This document shows positions 1 to 7,945 of a DNA stretch of 62,586 nucleotides, piece by piece. How positions within the stretch are numbered: the first letter of the stretch is position 1; each line of letters opens with the position of its first letter. Below the pieces are notes generated by a model that had not been told where the DNA came from, did not search any database, and saw nothing but the letters and a program-made list of their open reading frames with translations. Source of the stretch: Acidimicrobiia bacterium. GTDB taxonomy: Bacteria > Actinomycetota > Acidimicrobiia > IMCC26256 > DASPTH01. The DNA lies in contig DASXXX010000047.1 of assembly GCA_036502765.1 (NCBI GenBank), positions 1-62,586 of the forward strand, given 5' to 3'. Position numbers and translations under genes: made by a program.

Positions 1-522
1 GGCTTCGTTGGCCTGCACGATGTGCCAGCCGGCGAAGTTGCTGCTGCCGACGTAGAGCACCTTGCCCTGCGTGACCAGCACGTCCATCGCCTGCCAGATC
101 TCGTCCCACGGCGTGTCGCGGTCGACGTGGTGCATCTGGTACAGGTCGATGTAGTCGGTCTGGAGCCGCTGCAGGCTGGCCTCGCACTCGCGGCGGATGG
201 CGAGCGCGGAGAGGCGCCCGCTGTTCGGCCACGAATCACGCGAGTTGTAGACCTTGGTGGCGAGCACGGTGCGTTCACGTCGACGGTCGCCCTGCGCGAA
301 CCACCGGCCGATGATCGACTCGGTGAGGCCGCGGCCGTCGCCGTAGACGTTGGCGGTGTCGAAGAAGTTGAGGCCGAGGTCGAGGCCGCGGTCCATGATG
401 CGGTGGCCGTCGGCTTCCTCGGTCTGGACCCCGCCTCCGACCTTCCCCATGCCGAAGTTCATGGTGCCGAGGCAGAGCGGGCTGACACGGAGGCCGGTGC
501 GGCCGAGCAGTCGATAATCCAT
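1..522 (-). CDS. aldo/keto reductase, N-terminal 174 codons (3' end outside window)
   Basis: Reverse complement from ATG at 522 reads MDYRLLGRTGLRVSPLCLGTMNFG and stays open to position 1 through TDYIDLYQMHHVDRDTPWDE...GKVLYVGSSNFAGW, classic AKR motifs. Missing from the ORF track only because no stop lies in the window. Confidence 0.85.
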   Translation of the reverse strand, partial: MDYRLLGRTGLRVSPLCLGTMNFGMGKVGGGVQTEEADGHRIMDRGLDLGLNFFDTANVYGDGRGLTESIIGRWFAQGDRRRERTVLATKVYNSRDSWPNSGRLSALAIRRECEASLQRLQTDYIDLYQMHHVDRDTPWDEIWQAMDVLVTQGKVLYVGSSNFAGWHIVQANEA

Positions 523-536
523 GCCCCGCACGCTAC

Positions 537-1379
537 CTACTGGAGCCCGATCGTCCCTCCCGGACCCGACACGTCGACGAGCGGCATGTTCGCGGTGTAG
601 TCGAGCGGTCCGACCGCGGTGAATCCGCCGTCGACCGCCAACGTCTGGCCGCTCACGTAGGTGGAGAGATCGGAGAGGAAGAACAACGCGGCCTTGCCGA
701 TGTCGTCGGTCGTGCCGCGCCGGTGCATCGGCACCGTCGACATCATCTCGGCCTCTTCCTCGGGTGACCGCTCGGGGATGCGGGGCGTGATCATGGCCCC
801 GGGCGCGACCGCGTTGACGCGGATGCCGTGCCCCGACCACTCGGCGGTCATCGTCTTCACCAGGTTCACGAGGCCGGCCTTCGCCGCGCCGTACGACGCG
901 TGACCGGCGGCCGACCGGATGCCGTCGATCGACGCCACGCACACGATGGATCCCGGCGCGCCGCGCGCGATCAACGAGCGCGCGACCTCGCGCGCCGAGA
1001 GGAAGAAGTAGCGGAGGTTGCGCCGGTGATCGAGGTCCCACGTCTCGGTCGTCATGTCGACGAGGCGCGCCCATGCGGCCATGCCGATGATGGTCACGAG
1101 GCCGTCGAGCGGCCCGAGCTCGGTTTCGGTGCGCGCGATCGCGCCCACCAGGGCGTCGTCATCGGTGACGTCGACGACGAGCGGGTACCCGCGCGTACCC
1201 GCCGCGGTGACGGCCGCGGCGACCCGTTCGGCGCGTTCGACCTCGAGGTCGGCGACCGCGACGTCGGCGCCGGCCGCGGCGAGCAGCAACGACGTGCTCT
1301 CCCCCATGCCCTGGCCCCCGCCGAGGACGAGGATCTTCTTGCCGGCCAGTCCGAAGTCGGGTCCCAGGTCGGATCCCAT
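537..1379 (-). CDS. short-chain dehydrogenase/reductase (SDR)
   Basis: 280-aa track ORF. Rossmann GKKILVLGGGQGMG, catalytic S...YGAAKAG (Y-x3-K), NAVAPG. 5-15 nt spacing to same-strand neighbours. Confidence 0.85.
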   Translation of the reverse strand: MGSDLGPDFGLAGKKILVLGGGQGMGESTSLLLAAAGADVAVADLEVERAERVAAAVTAAGTRGYPLVVDVTDDDALVGAIARTETELGPLDGLVTIIGMAAWARLVDMTTETWDLDHRRNLRYFFLSAREVARSLIARGAPGSIVCVASIDGIRSAAGHASYGAAKAGLVNLVKTMTAEWSGHGIRVNAVAPGAMITPRIPERSPEEEAEMMSTVPMHRRGTTDDIGKAALFFLSDLSTYVSGQTLAVDGGFTAVGPLDYTANMPLVDVSGPGGTIGLQ

Positions 1380-1384
1380 GGGCG

Positions 1385-1705
1385 TCAGTCCTTCAGTTCG
1401 ATGATGAACTCGTGGTACGGCTCGGCGCCCACGTTGCGGGCGATCTCGATGCCACCACGCTCCACGAACACCGCCTGCCCCGGCGTGACCGCGCTCTCGA
1501 AGTACGGCGGCAGCGCGCTCACGCTGTCGGGCTCCTGCACCGCGGCGACCCGGTCGCCACCGAGGATCACCAGGATGTAGTCGAGCTCGTGCTGGTGCAC
1601 GTTGCTGTCGGCGCCGGGCGGGAGGTTCAGCTCCCAGATGCGCACACGATCGTTCTCGAACACGACGTCGTCGCCCATCGGCCCGAGCACCCTGGGCTCG
1701 CTCAT
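1385..1705 (-). CDS. cupin-domain protein
   Basis: Track ORF 1385..1948 trimmed to ATG 1705 (MSEPRVLGP...). The upstream part is a Ser/Pro/Arg-rich shadow. The remaining 106 aa has a cupin-like HQHELDY...GGIEIARNVG pattern. Confidence 0.6.
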   Translation of the reverse strand: MSEPRVLGPMGDDVVFENDRVRIWELNLPPGADSNVHQHELDYILVILGGDRVAAVQEPDSVSALPPYFESAVTPGQAVFVERGGIEIARNVGAEPYHEFIIELKD

Positions 1706-1721
1706 GGCACGTTCCTCATCA

Positions 1722-2366
1722 TCATGTTGCCTCTCGGTCGCCGCCGATGCCCTGCAGGCAGAACTGCACCAGGTGGTCGGTCTCGGCGGTGGTGGGTCGG
1801 GTTCCGTGGAGCAGGTGGTGGTGCAGGGTGGTGAACGCGGCGCGGTAGACGACGACGGCATCGTCGCGCGCGCTCGCGGGGCCGTGCAGCGACACGATGG
1901 CGGAGGCGAGGAGGTCGACGAGCAGGTCGACCGACGCCTGCTGCTCACGCGGGAACGCCTCGGCCAGGCGGTCCTGGTCGGTGACGAAGGGCCGCGTGCG
2001 ACCGGCGGCGCGGGTGTCGGTCGCCTGGGCCAGCACGCCCTCGATCCACGCCCGCACCCGCGCCTCGGGCGTGTCGACCCGCTGCATCCGGCGCTCGAGG
2101 GTGGAGAGGATCCGGCGCCGGCCGTCGTCGAGCAGGAGGAGGAAGAGCTCGTCCTTCGACTGGAAGTACCGGTAGAAGGCCTGGGTGGAGAGGCCGGTCT
2201 CGGTGAGGATCTCCCGCAGCGACGGGTCGACCTTGCCGGTTCGCCCGATCAGGTCGTACGTGGCCTCGAGCACGCGCTGGATCTCGTCGGCGTACTGGGT
2301 GCGCCGGTCGCCGAGCGAACGGTCGACCGCCCGCTGGGCCAGGGTTCCCCGCAGGTCGTCCGCCAC
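1722..2366 (-). CDS. TetR-family transcriptional regulator
   Basis: C-terminal part of track ORF 1722..3323. HTH LREILTETGLSTQAFYRYFQSKDELF. Start placed at GTG 2366 (GGGGAG 7 nt upstream); GTG 2393 is an alternative. Confidence 0.8.
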   Translation of the reverse strand: MADDLRGTLAQRAVDRSLGDRRTQYADEIQRVLEATYDLIGRTGKVDPSLREILTETGLSTQAFYRYFQSKDELFLLLLDDGRRRILSTLERRMQRVDTPEARVRAWIEGVLAQATDTRAAGRTRPFVTDQDRLAEAFPREQQASVDLLVDLLASAIVSLHGPASARDDAVVVYRAAFTTLHHHLLHGTRPTTAETDHLVQFCLQGIGGDREAT

Positions 2367-2391
2367 AGCGCTGCTCCCCGATGTCCAGATC

Positions 2392-2416
2392 ACTGTTCTG
2401 TTACGGTCAGAACGGT
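2392..2416. promoter_or_regulatory. candidate TetR operator (inverted repeat)
   Basis: ACTGTTCTG-ttacggt-CAGAACGGT, arms match 8/9. Lies in the 84-bp divergent intergenic region between the TetR gene and the oxidoreductase operon. Confidence 0.5.
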
Positions 2417-2450
2417 ACTCTGCCAGACCGGCGACCGGGGGAAACGGCAC

Positions 2451-3023
2451 ATGGAACGAGAGCTGGTGCTCACCGGGATCGGGGGCCAGGGCGTGCAGCT
2501 CGCGGCCCAGGTGCTGGCGCGGGCGGCGATCGCCGAGGGCCGATCGGCCCAGATGTTCGGGAGCTACGGCGGGATGATGCGGGGTGGCAACACCGAAGCA
2601 ACCCTGGTGCTCGCCGACGGCCCGATCGGCGCGCCGCCGACGGTGGTGGAGACGTGGTCGGCGATCTTCATGCACCACGACTTCTCCGAGCCCACCCGGG
2701 CGAAGCTGCGCCCCGGGAGCCTGGTGCTCGTCAACTCGACGGTGTTCGAGGGCGCGTTCGACCCGGACGTGTACCGCGTGGTCGAGGTGCCGGCCACCGA
2801 TCTCGCCGTCGACCTCGGCAACATCATGACCGCCTCGATGATCATGCTCGGCGCGTACACCGCCGCCACCGGCATGGTGGCCCTCGACTCGCTCGACGCC
2901 GCGGTCGCCGACTCGCTGCCGTCGTACCGCACCCAGCACGTGGCGCGGAACGTCGCCGCGATCCGCGCCGGCTTCGACGCCGGACCCCGCGACCTCTCCC
3001 CCGCATGGAAGGTGCTCGCATGA
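2451..3023 (+). CDS. 2-oxoacid:ferredoxin oxidoreductase, gamma subunit
   Basis: Track ORF 1602..3023 trimmed to ATG 2451 (MERELVLTGIGGQGVQLAAQVLA...). GGQG motif and ~190 aa size are typical of POR/VOR gamma subunits. Confidence 0.8.
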   Translation: MERELVLTGIGGQGVQLAAQVLARAAIAEGRSAQMFGSYGGMMRGGNTEATLVLADGPIGAPPTVVETWSAIFMHHDFSEPTRAKLRPGSLVLVNSTVFEGAFDPDVYRVVEVPATDLAVDLGNIMTASMIMLGAYTAATGMVALDSLDAAVADSLPSYRTQHVARNVAAIRAGFDAGPRDLSPAWKVLA

Positions 3024-3280
3024 CGACGGTCCTGACGCGCGGCACGGTCGTGATCGACGTCGAGGCGTGCAAGGGCTGCGACCTCTGCATCGACGCGTGT
3101 CCCCCGCGCGTGCTCGAGATGACGGTGCACGAGGTGAACACGCGCGGCTACCGCTACCCGCGTCTCGTAGCCGGTTGCACCGGCTGTCGGGCGTGCGCGC
3201 AGATCTGCCCCGACTTCTGCTTCCAGGTCTACAAGTACGAACAGCCTTTGGAGATCCCCGTGCTCGAGGACCTGTCGTGA
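3020..3280 (+). CDS. 2-oxoacid:ferredoxin oxidoreductase, delta subunit (2x[4Fe-4S] ferredoxin)
   Basis: ATG 3020 overlaps the gamma stop (ATGA). 86 aa with two CxxCxxCxxxCP motifs (CKGCDLCIDACP, CTGCRACAQICP). Confidence 0.85.
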   Translation: MTTVLTRGTVVIDVEACKGCDLCIDACPPRVLEMTVHEVNTRGYRYPRLVAGCTGCRACAQICPDFCFQVYKYEQPLEIPVLEDLS

Positions 3281-4389
3281 GCGTGGCCCTGCTCGAAGGC
3301 TCGGAAGCGATCGCCGACGCCATGGTCGCGGCCGGATGCCGCTTCTTCAGCGGCTACCCGATGACGCCGTTCACCGAGGTGCTCGAGCACATGGCGACCA
3401 AGCTGCCCGAGGTGGGTGGCACGTGCATGAACGCCGAGAGCGAGCTCGAGGCCGTCGGCATGGCGTGGGGTGCGGCGGCCACCGGCACGCCCAGCGCCAC
3501 CGGTTCGACGGGCCAGGGGCTCTCGCTGATGCAGGAATCGCTCAGCGAGGCGACGCTCGCCCGCATCCCCCTGGTGGTGCTCAACATGGCCCGGGCGCAG
3601 GGCGACTACTGGCAGGCGACCCGCGGACCCGGTCACGGCGATTCGCGCATGCCCGTCCTCGCACCGATGGACGTGCCCGAGGCGATCACGCTGACCCAGC
3701 TCGCGTTCGAGCTCGCATACCGGTGGCGCAACCCGGTGCTCCTCTTCGGCGACTACTACCTCGCGCACACCGCGAGCTCGGTCGACGTCACGCGCGTCGA
3801 GCACGCGCCGCTTCGGGCCGACGACTGGGCGCTGACCGGGGCCACGAGCGGCACCGGTAACGCCCGACTCGTGTCGCCGCTCGGCTCCGGCGAGTACGGG
3901 GCCGAGAGCAGCTATGCCGACCACCTCGTGCAGTGCGCGCACGCGACCGAGGCGATGCTCGCCGGCATCGAACCTCTCGCCGAAACCGGGTTCTGCGACG
4001 ACGCCGATGTCGTCGTCGTGGCGTTCGGCACGCCGGCGAAGTACGTGCGCGCCGCGGTGACGCGCCTCCGCGCCGAGGGCGCGAGGATCGGATACGTGCG
4101 ACCGATCACCTTGCTCCCGTTCCCGAGCGAGATCCTGGCGCGCGCGGCGCGCGGCGCGCGTACCGTGGCGGTGTACGAGAACAGCCAGGGACAGATGGTC
4201 GACGACGTCCGCCTCGCGCTCGAGGGTGCCGTCCCGGTGCAGTTCATCGGGCGGCTGAGCCTCGACAGCTCCGGCTTCGGCATCGCCCCCGATCTCGACG
4301 GCGACTACCTGCGCGACCGACTCCTGGATGTCTTGAATGTGGATGTCTTGAATGTGGATGTCTTGAATGTGGAGGTCCTCGATGACTGA
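3277..4389 (+). CDS. 2-oxoacid:ferredoxin oxidoreductase, alpha subunit
   Basis: GTG 3277 overlaps the delta stop (GTGA). FSGYPMTPFTEVLEHMA and NAESELEAVGMAWGAAATG are typical of alpha subunits. C-terminus carries the DVLNV x3 repeat. Confidence 0.8.
   Translation: MSVALLEGSEAIADAMVAAGCRFFSGYPMTPFTEVLEHMATKLPEVGGTCMNAESELEAVGMAWGAAATGTPSATGSTGQGLSLMQESLSEATLARIPLVVLNMARAQGDYWQATRGPGHGDSRMPVLAPMDVPEAITLTQLAFELAYRWRNPVLLFGDYYLAHTASSVDVTRVEHAPLRADDWALTGATSGTGNARLVSPLGSGEYGAESSYADHLVQCAHATEAMLAGIEPLAETGFCDDADVVVVAFGTPAKYVRAAVTRLRAEGARIGYVRPITLLPFPSEILARAARGARTVAVYENSQGQMVDDVRLALEGAVPVQFIGRLSLDSSGFGIAPDLDGDYLRDRLLDVLNVDVLNVDVLNVEVLDD
4327..4371. repeat. 15-bp perfect tandem repeat x3 (plus a diverged 4th copy at 4372..4386)
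   Basis: GATGTCTTGAATGTG repeated three times, then GAGGTCCTCGATGAC. In frame in the alpha subunit (DVLNV DVLNV DVLNV EVLDD). Visibly AT-richer than the surroundings. Confidence 0.95.
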
Positions 4390-5170
4390 TCGCTTCCTCC
4401 CGACTGCGCTGCCGCCGGTCGAGGCCGCGCACCTGGTCGACGACTTCGGGCCGTCGCTCCTCGACGTCGCCGAACACAGCCTCTGCCCTGGCTGCGGCGA
4501 GCCGGTCGCGCTGCGCGCCATCCTCGAGGCCATCGAGGACGTCGGTGCCGCGCAACGCACGATCGGCGTCATCGGGATCGGTTGCTACACCGCGTTCGCG
4601 AACTCCCTCGACATCGAGGTGCTCCAAGCCCTGCACGGGCGGGCGCCGTCGTTGGCGACCGGGGCGAAGCGGGCCCGACCCGAGAACCTCGTCATCACGT
4701 TGCAGGGCGACGGCGACATGGTGAACGAAGGCCTCCAGGAGGTGCTCCACACCGCGGCACGCGGGGAGCGCGTCACCTGCTTCATGCTCGACAACGGCGT
4801 GTTCGGCGAGACCGGTGGGCACATGACCGCGACCACCGCGCTCGGCCAGCGCACGAAGAACACGCTCGACGGTCGTGACGCCGAGCAGCACGGCTTCCCG
4901 ATCCGGGTGAGCAACCTCATCGCCGAGCTCGACGGGGCGGCCTACGTCGCGCGCGGCGCGGTGAACAACGCGGGCAACGTGGCGCGCACCAAGAAGATGA
5001 TCCGGAGCGCGCTCGAAATCCAGGAGGCGGGGCTCGGCTTCTCGTTCGTCGAGATCCTGACCATGTGCCCGACCGGTTGGTTCGTCGACACGCCCGATGC
5101 GCCCGACTACCTCACCAGCACACTCGCGCCCGTGCACGCGCCCGGCGTGTTGAAGGACGTGACCTTGTGA
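4382..5170 (+). CDS. 2-oxoacid:ferredoxin oxidoreductase, beta subunit (ThDP-binding)
   Basis: ATG 4382 overlaps the alpha stop. CPGCGE, GIGCYT and LQGDGDMVNEG motifs. In-frame ATG 4367 inside the repeat is an alternative start. Confidence 0.8.
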   Translation: MTDRFLPTALPPVEAAHLVDDFGPSLLDVAEHSLCPGCGEPVALRAILEAIEDVGAAQRTIGVIGIGCYTAFANSLDIEVLQALHGRAPSLATGAKRARPENLVITLQGDGDMVNEGLQEVLHTAARGERVTCFMLDNGVFGETGGHMTATTALGQRTKNTLDGRDAEQHGFPIRVSNLIAELDGAAYVARGAVNNAGNVARTKKMIRSALEIQEAGLGFSFVEILTMCPTGWFVDTPDAPDYLTSTLAPVHAPGVLKDVTL

Positions 5171-6168
5171 CGACGACGGTAGTGGTGGCGTTCCCCTGGA
5201 ACGCTGACGACGCGATGCTCGCGCCGCTGCGGGAGCGCTTCCCCGACCTGGAGCTGGTCGCCCAGCCGTACCTCGGCCGCTTCGGTCATCACCTCCCCGA
5301 CCAGGACGACGAGCTCACTGACGACGCGCGCGCGGTGTGGTCGCGCGCCGAGGCGACGCTGGCGCTCGACCTTCCCGCGCCCATCGCCGAGCTCGCGCCC
5401 GAGCTGCGCTGGGTGCAGGCGATCGGCGCCGGCATCGACCACCTCGCCGATGCCGGCCTGCCCGACACGGTGACGATCACCAACGCGGCCGGTGTCGCCG
5501 CCGCCCCCATCGCCGAATTCGCGATGAGCCGCCTCTTGTCGGTGTGGAAGCGCCTGCCCGAGATCGACGACGAGCAGGCGCAGCACGAGTGGAAGCCCAA
5601 GTTCGGTCGCACCGTCGAGGGGCTGACCCTCGGCGTCATCGGTCTGGGCGCCATCGGCACCGCGGTCGCGCAACGGGCCCGCGGGTTCGGCATGTACCTC
5701 ATCGGGACCCGCCGGAGCTACAAGGAAGGTCAGGACCATCCCGCGGTCGACGAGCTGCGCGGCACCGGCGATCTGCACGAGGTGCTCGGTCGCTGCGACG
5801 CGGTCGTGGTGAGCGCGCCGGGCACCGCCGAGACTGAGAACCTCTTCGACGCCGCCGCGTTCGCGGCCATGCGTGAGGGCGCGCTGTTCTGCAATGTGGG
5901 CCGCGGCTCGCTGGTCGACGAGGCCGCGCTGATCGCGGCACTCGAGTCGGGCCACCTCGGCGGCGCCATCCTGGACGTGACGCGCGAGGAGCCGCTGCCG
6001 GCCGGCGACCCGCTCTGGTCGGCGCCGAACATCTACATCTCCCCGCACTGCTCGGCCGCGCAGGACCGCTACACCGAGACGCTCCTCGCGCTGTTCGCCG
6101 ACAACCTCGAGCGCTACACCCACGGCCTAGGGCTGCGAAACGTCGTCGATCGGCAGGCCGGCTACTGA
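5167..6168 (+). CDS. D-isomer-specific 2-hydroxyacid dehydrogenase
   Basis: GTG 5167 overlaps the beta stop (GTGA). NAD fold GVIGLGAIGTAVAQRA, NVGRGSLVDE and SPH motifs. Track ORF 5065..6168 trimmed. Confidence 0.8.
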   Translation: MTTTVVVAFPWNADDAMLAPLRERFPDLELVAQPYLGRFGHHLPDQDDELTDDARAVWSRAEATLALDLPAPIAELAPELRWVQAIGAGIDHLADAGLPDTVTITNAAGVAAAPIAEFAMSRLLSVWKRLPEIDDEQAQHEWKPKFGRTVEGLTLGVIGLGAIGTAVAQRARGFGMYLIGTRRSYKEGQDHPAVDELRGTGDLHEVLGRCDAVVVSAPGTAETENLFDAAAFAAMREGALFCNVGRGSLVDEAALIAALESGHLGGAILDVTREEPLPAGDPLWSAPNIYISPHCSAAQDRYTETLLALFADNLERYTHGLGLRNVVDRQAGY

Positions 6169-7436
6169 CGCGCGCGCTGAGCCACCTGCGCGGTCGCGCG
6201 TGCACGGTCCTTCGAGAGTTGCCGTTCCTGCTCGTTGCCGGCGAGCGATGCCGCGAGCTCGAACTCGGCCTGGGCTTCGGCAGGGCGATCGAGCCGAGCG
6301 AGGAGATCGGCCCGGACGCTGTGGAGCAGGTGGTAGCGATCGAGGGTCTGGGTGTCGCGGAGCTGGTCGACGAGTTGCAGCGCGACCAGCGGTCCCGCAG
6401 CCATCGACACCGCGACCGCGCGGTTGAGCTCGACGATCGGTGACGGCGTGGTCACTGCGAGCTGGTCGTAGCGCGCCACCAACTCGCACCAATCCGTGTC
6501 CTCGGCTCGAGCGGCCCGGGCATGACACGCGGCGATCGCCGCTTGGAGCGCGTACGGCCCGGGCACCGCTCCCACTCGCTCGGCTCGCGCCAATGACGAC
6601 AGGCCGCGATGGATGAGGAGGCGGTCCCACTTCCTACGGTCCTGGTCGAGCAAGAGGACCGGCCGGCCGCCGGCACCGACCCGCGCGTCCAGGCGGGACG
6701 ACTGGATCTCGATCAAGCCCAGGAGCCCGTGCACCTCTGGTTCGTCGGGTGCGAGGGCAGCCAGGAGTCGACCGAGGCGGAGCGCTTCCGCGCAGAGGTC
6801 CGGCCGCAACCACGCCTCGCCCGCGGTCGCGGAGTACCCCTCGTTGAAGATCAGGTAGATGACTTCGAGGACCGAACCGAGCCGCGCCGCCCGATCTTCG
6901 CCACCGGGAACCTCGAAGGGCACCCCCGCCTGGGCGATCGTCTTCTTCGCCCGCACGATCCGTTGCGCGATCGTCGACTCCTGCTGGAGGTATGCGCGGG
7001 CGATCTCCGCCGTGGTCAGACCCCCGAGCAGCCTGAGGGTCAGCGCGACGCGCGCCGGAACCGGGAGGACGGGATGGCACGCCACGAAGATCAGCCGCAG
7101 GCGGTCGTCGCCTATCTCGTCCTCGGCCATTTCCACCGGGAACGGATCGTCACCCGGGGGCAGCGCCCAGCTGATCTGCGAGCGCTTTCCTTCCAGCGCC
7201 ACCTCGCGGCGGACGCGGTCGATCGCCTTGCGCTTCGCCACCGTCATCAGCCAGGCCCCCGGGTTGCGGGGCGTCCCTTCCTGCGGCCACTGCCTCAGGG
7301 CATCGACGAGCGCGTCCTGCGCCGACTCTTCGGCGAGACCGAGGTCATGGACGTACCGGGCGAGCCCGGCCACGAGCCGGGGAAACTCGATCCGGAAGAC
7401 GGCCTCGATCGCGGCGGTTGGATCGGTGGCCATCAC
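6162..7436 (-). CDS. ECF sigma factor with long C-terminal TPR-like extension (ECF42-type)
   Basis: 424 aa. Sigma region 2 (AQDALVDALRQW...NPGAWLMTVAKRKAIDRVRRE), region 4 (LGGLTTAEIARAYLQQESTIAQRIVRAKKTI), then a ~200-aa helical extension. Downstream of a DGPF gene. Confidence 0.8.
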   Translation of the reverse strand: MMATDPTAAIEAVFRIEFPRLVAGLARYVHDLGLAEESAQDALVDALRQWPQEGTPRNPGAWLMTVAKRKAIDRVRREVALEGKRSQISWALPPGDDPFPVEMAEDEIGDDRLRLIFVACHPVLPVPARVALTLRLLGGLTTAEIARAYLQQESTIAQRIVRAKKTIAQAGVPFEVPGGEDRAARLGSVLEVIYLIFNEGYSATAGEAWLRPDLCAEALRLGRLLAALAPDEPEVHGLLGLIEIQSSRLDARVGAGGRPVLLLDQDRRKWDRLLIHRGLSSLARAERVGAVPGPYALQAAIAACHARAARAEDTDWCELVARYDQLAVTTPSPIVELNRAVAVSMAAGPLVALQLVDQLRDTQTLDRYHLLHSVRADLLARLDRPAEAQAEFELAASLAGNEQERQLSKDRARATAQVAQRARQ

Positions 7437-7469
7437 GCCGCCGATTCAACCACCGGACCGAGCAATGGG

Positions 7470-7814
7470 TCACTCCGGGCCGAACACCGGACGGACCCGC
7501 ACCTCGCCTTCGCCGAGCACGGCCACGAATCGCTTGGACCACTCGACGGCCTCGTCGAGGTCGCGGCATTCGAGCAACGCCCAACCACCGACGAGTTCCT
7601 TGGCCTCGGTGAACGGACCATCCACCACGGTGAACTCACCGTCCTTGAGGGAGATCTTGGCTCCCATCGCGGTCGGCGCGATTCCACCCGTCGCCACGAT
7701 GACCCCGGCCGTGGTGGCTTCCTCCATGAAGCTGCCCATCTTGTCCATGAGCTCGGGGGTGGGCGGCGGCGCGGGAACGGACTCGTCGCCCAAGGTGTAA
7801 CCGAGAAAGCGCAT
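7470..7814 (-). CDS. YciI-like / DGPF-domain protein
   Basis: 114 aa containing VVDGPFTEAKELVGGWALLE (the DGPF motif). Sits immediately upstream of the ECF sigma gene. Confidence 0.8.
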   Translation of the reverse strand: MRFLGYTLGDESVPAPPPTPELMDKMGSFMEEATTAGVIVATGGIAPTAMGAKISLKDGEFTVVDGPFTEAKELVGGWALLECRDLDEAVEWSKRFVAVLGEGEVRVRPVFGPE

Positions 7815-7869
7815 GTGATCACTCCATTCAGGTTGTCGTGCGGCACGATTGCCCCACGCTCACTGCTGC

Positions 7870-7896
7870 GTCGAACGGCACCACGACAGATCGACA
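7870..7896 (-). promoter_or_regulatory. candidate ECF42-type promoter (TGTCGA-N17-CGAC)
   Basis: Minus strand reads GCGG TGTCGA tctgtcgtggtgccgtt CGAC, about 56 nt upstream of the DGPF start. Resembles the ECF42 target motif as I recall it from the literature (not verified here). Confidence 0.35.
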
Positions 7897-7945
7897 CCGC
7901 AACCAGAATTTCTTCTCGCTCGCGATCGAAGCGTCTGAGCGCGCG

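Noticed and set aside
22-600. 192-aa plus-strand ORF at the window start
   Set aside because: The opposite strand encodes an unmistakable aldo/keto reductase N-terminus, so the plus-strand ORF is its shadow.
1722-3323. N-terminal 320-codon extension of the TetR ORF
   Set aside because: The extension is antisense to the OFOR gamma and delta genes and is Arg/Ser/Pro-rich. The TetR domain begins only near 2366.
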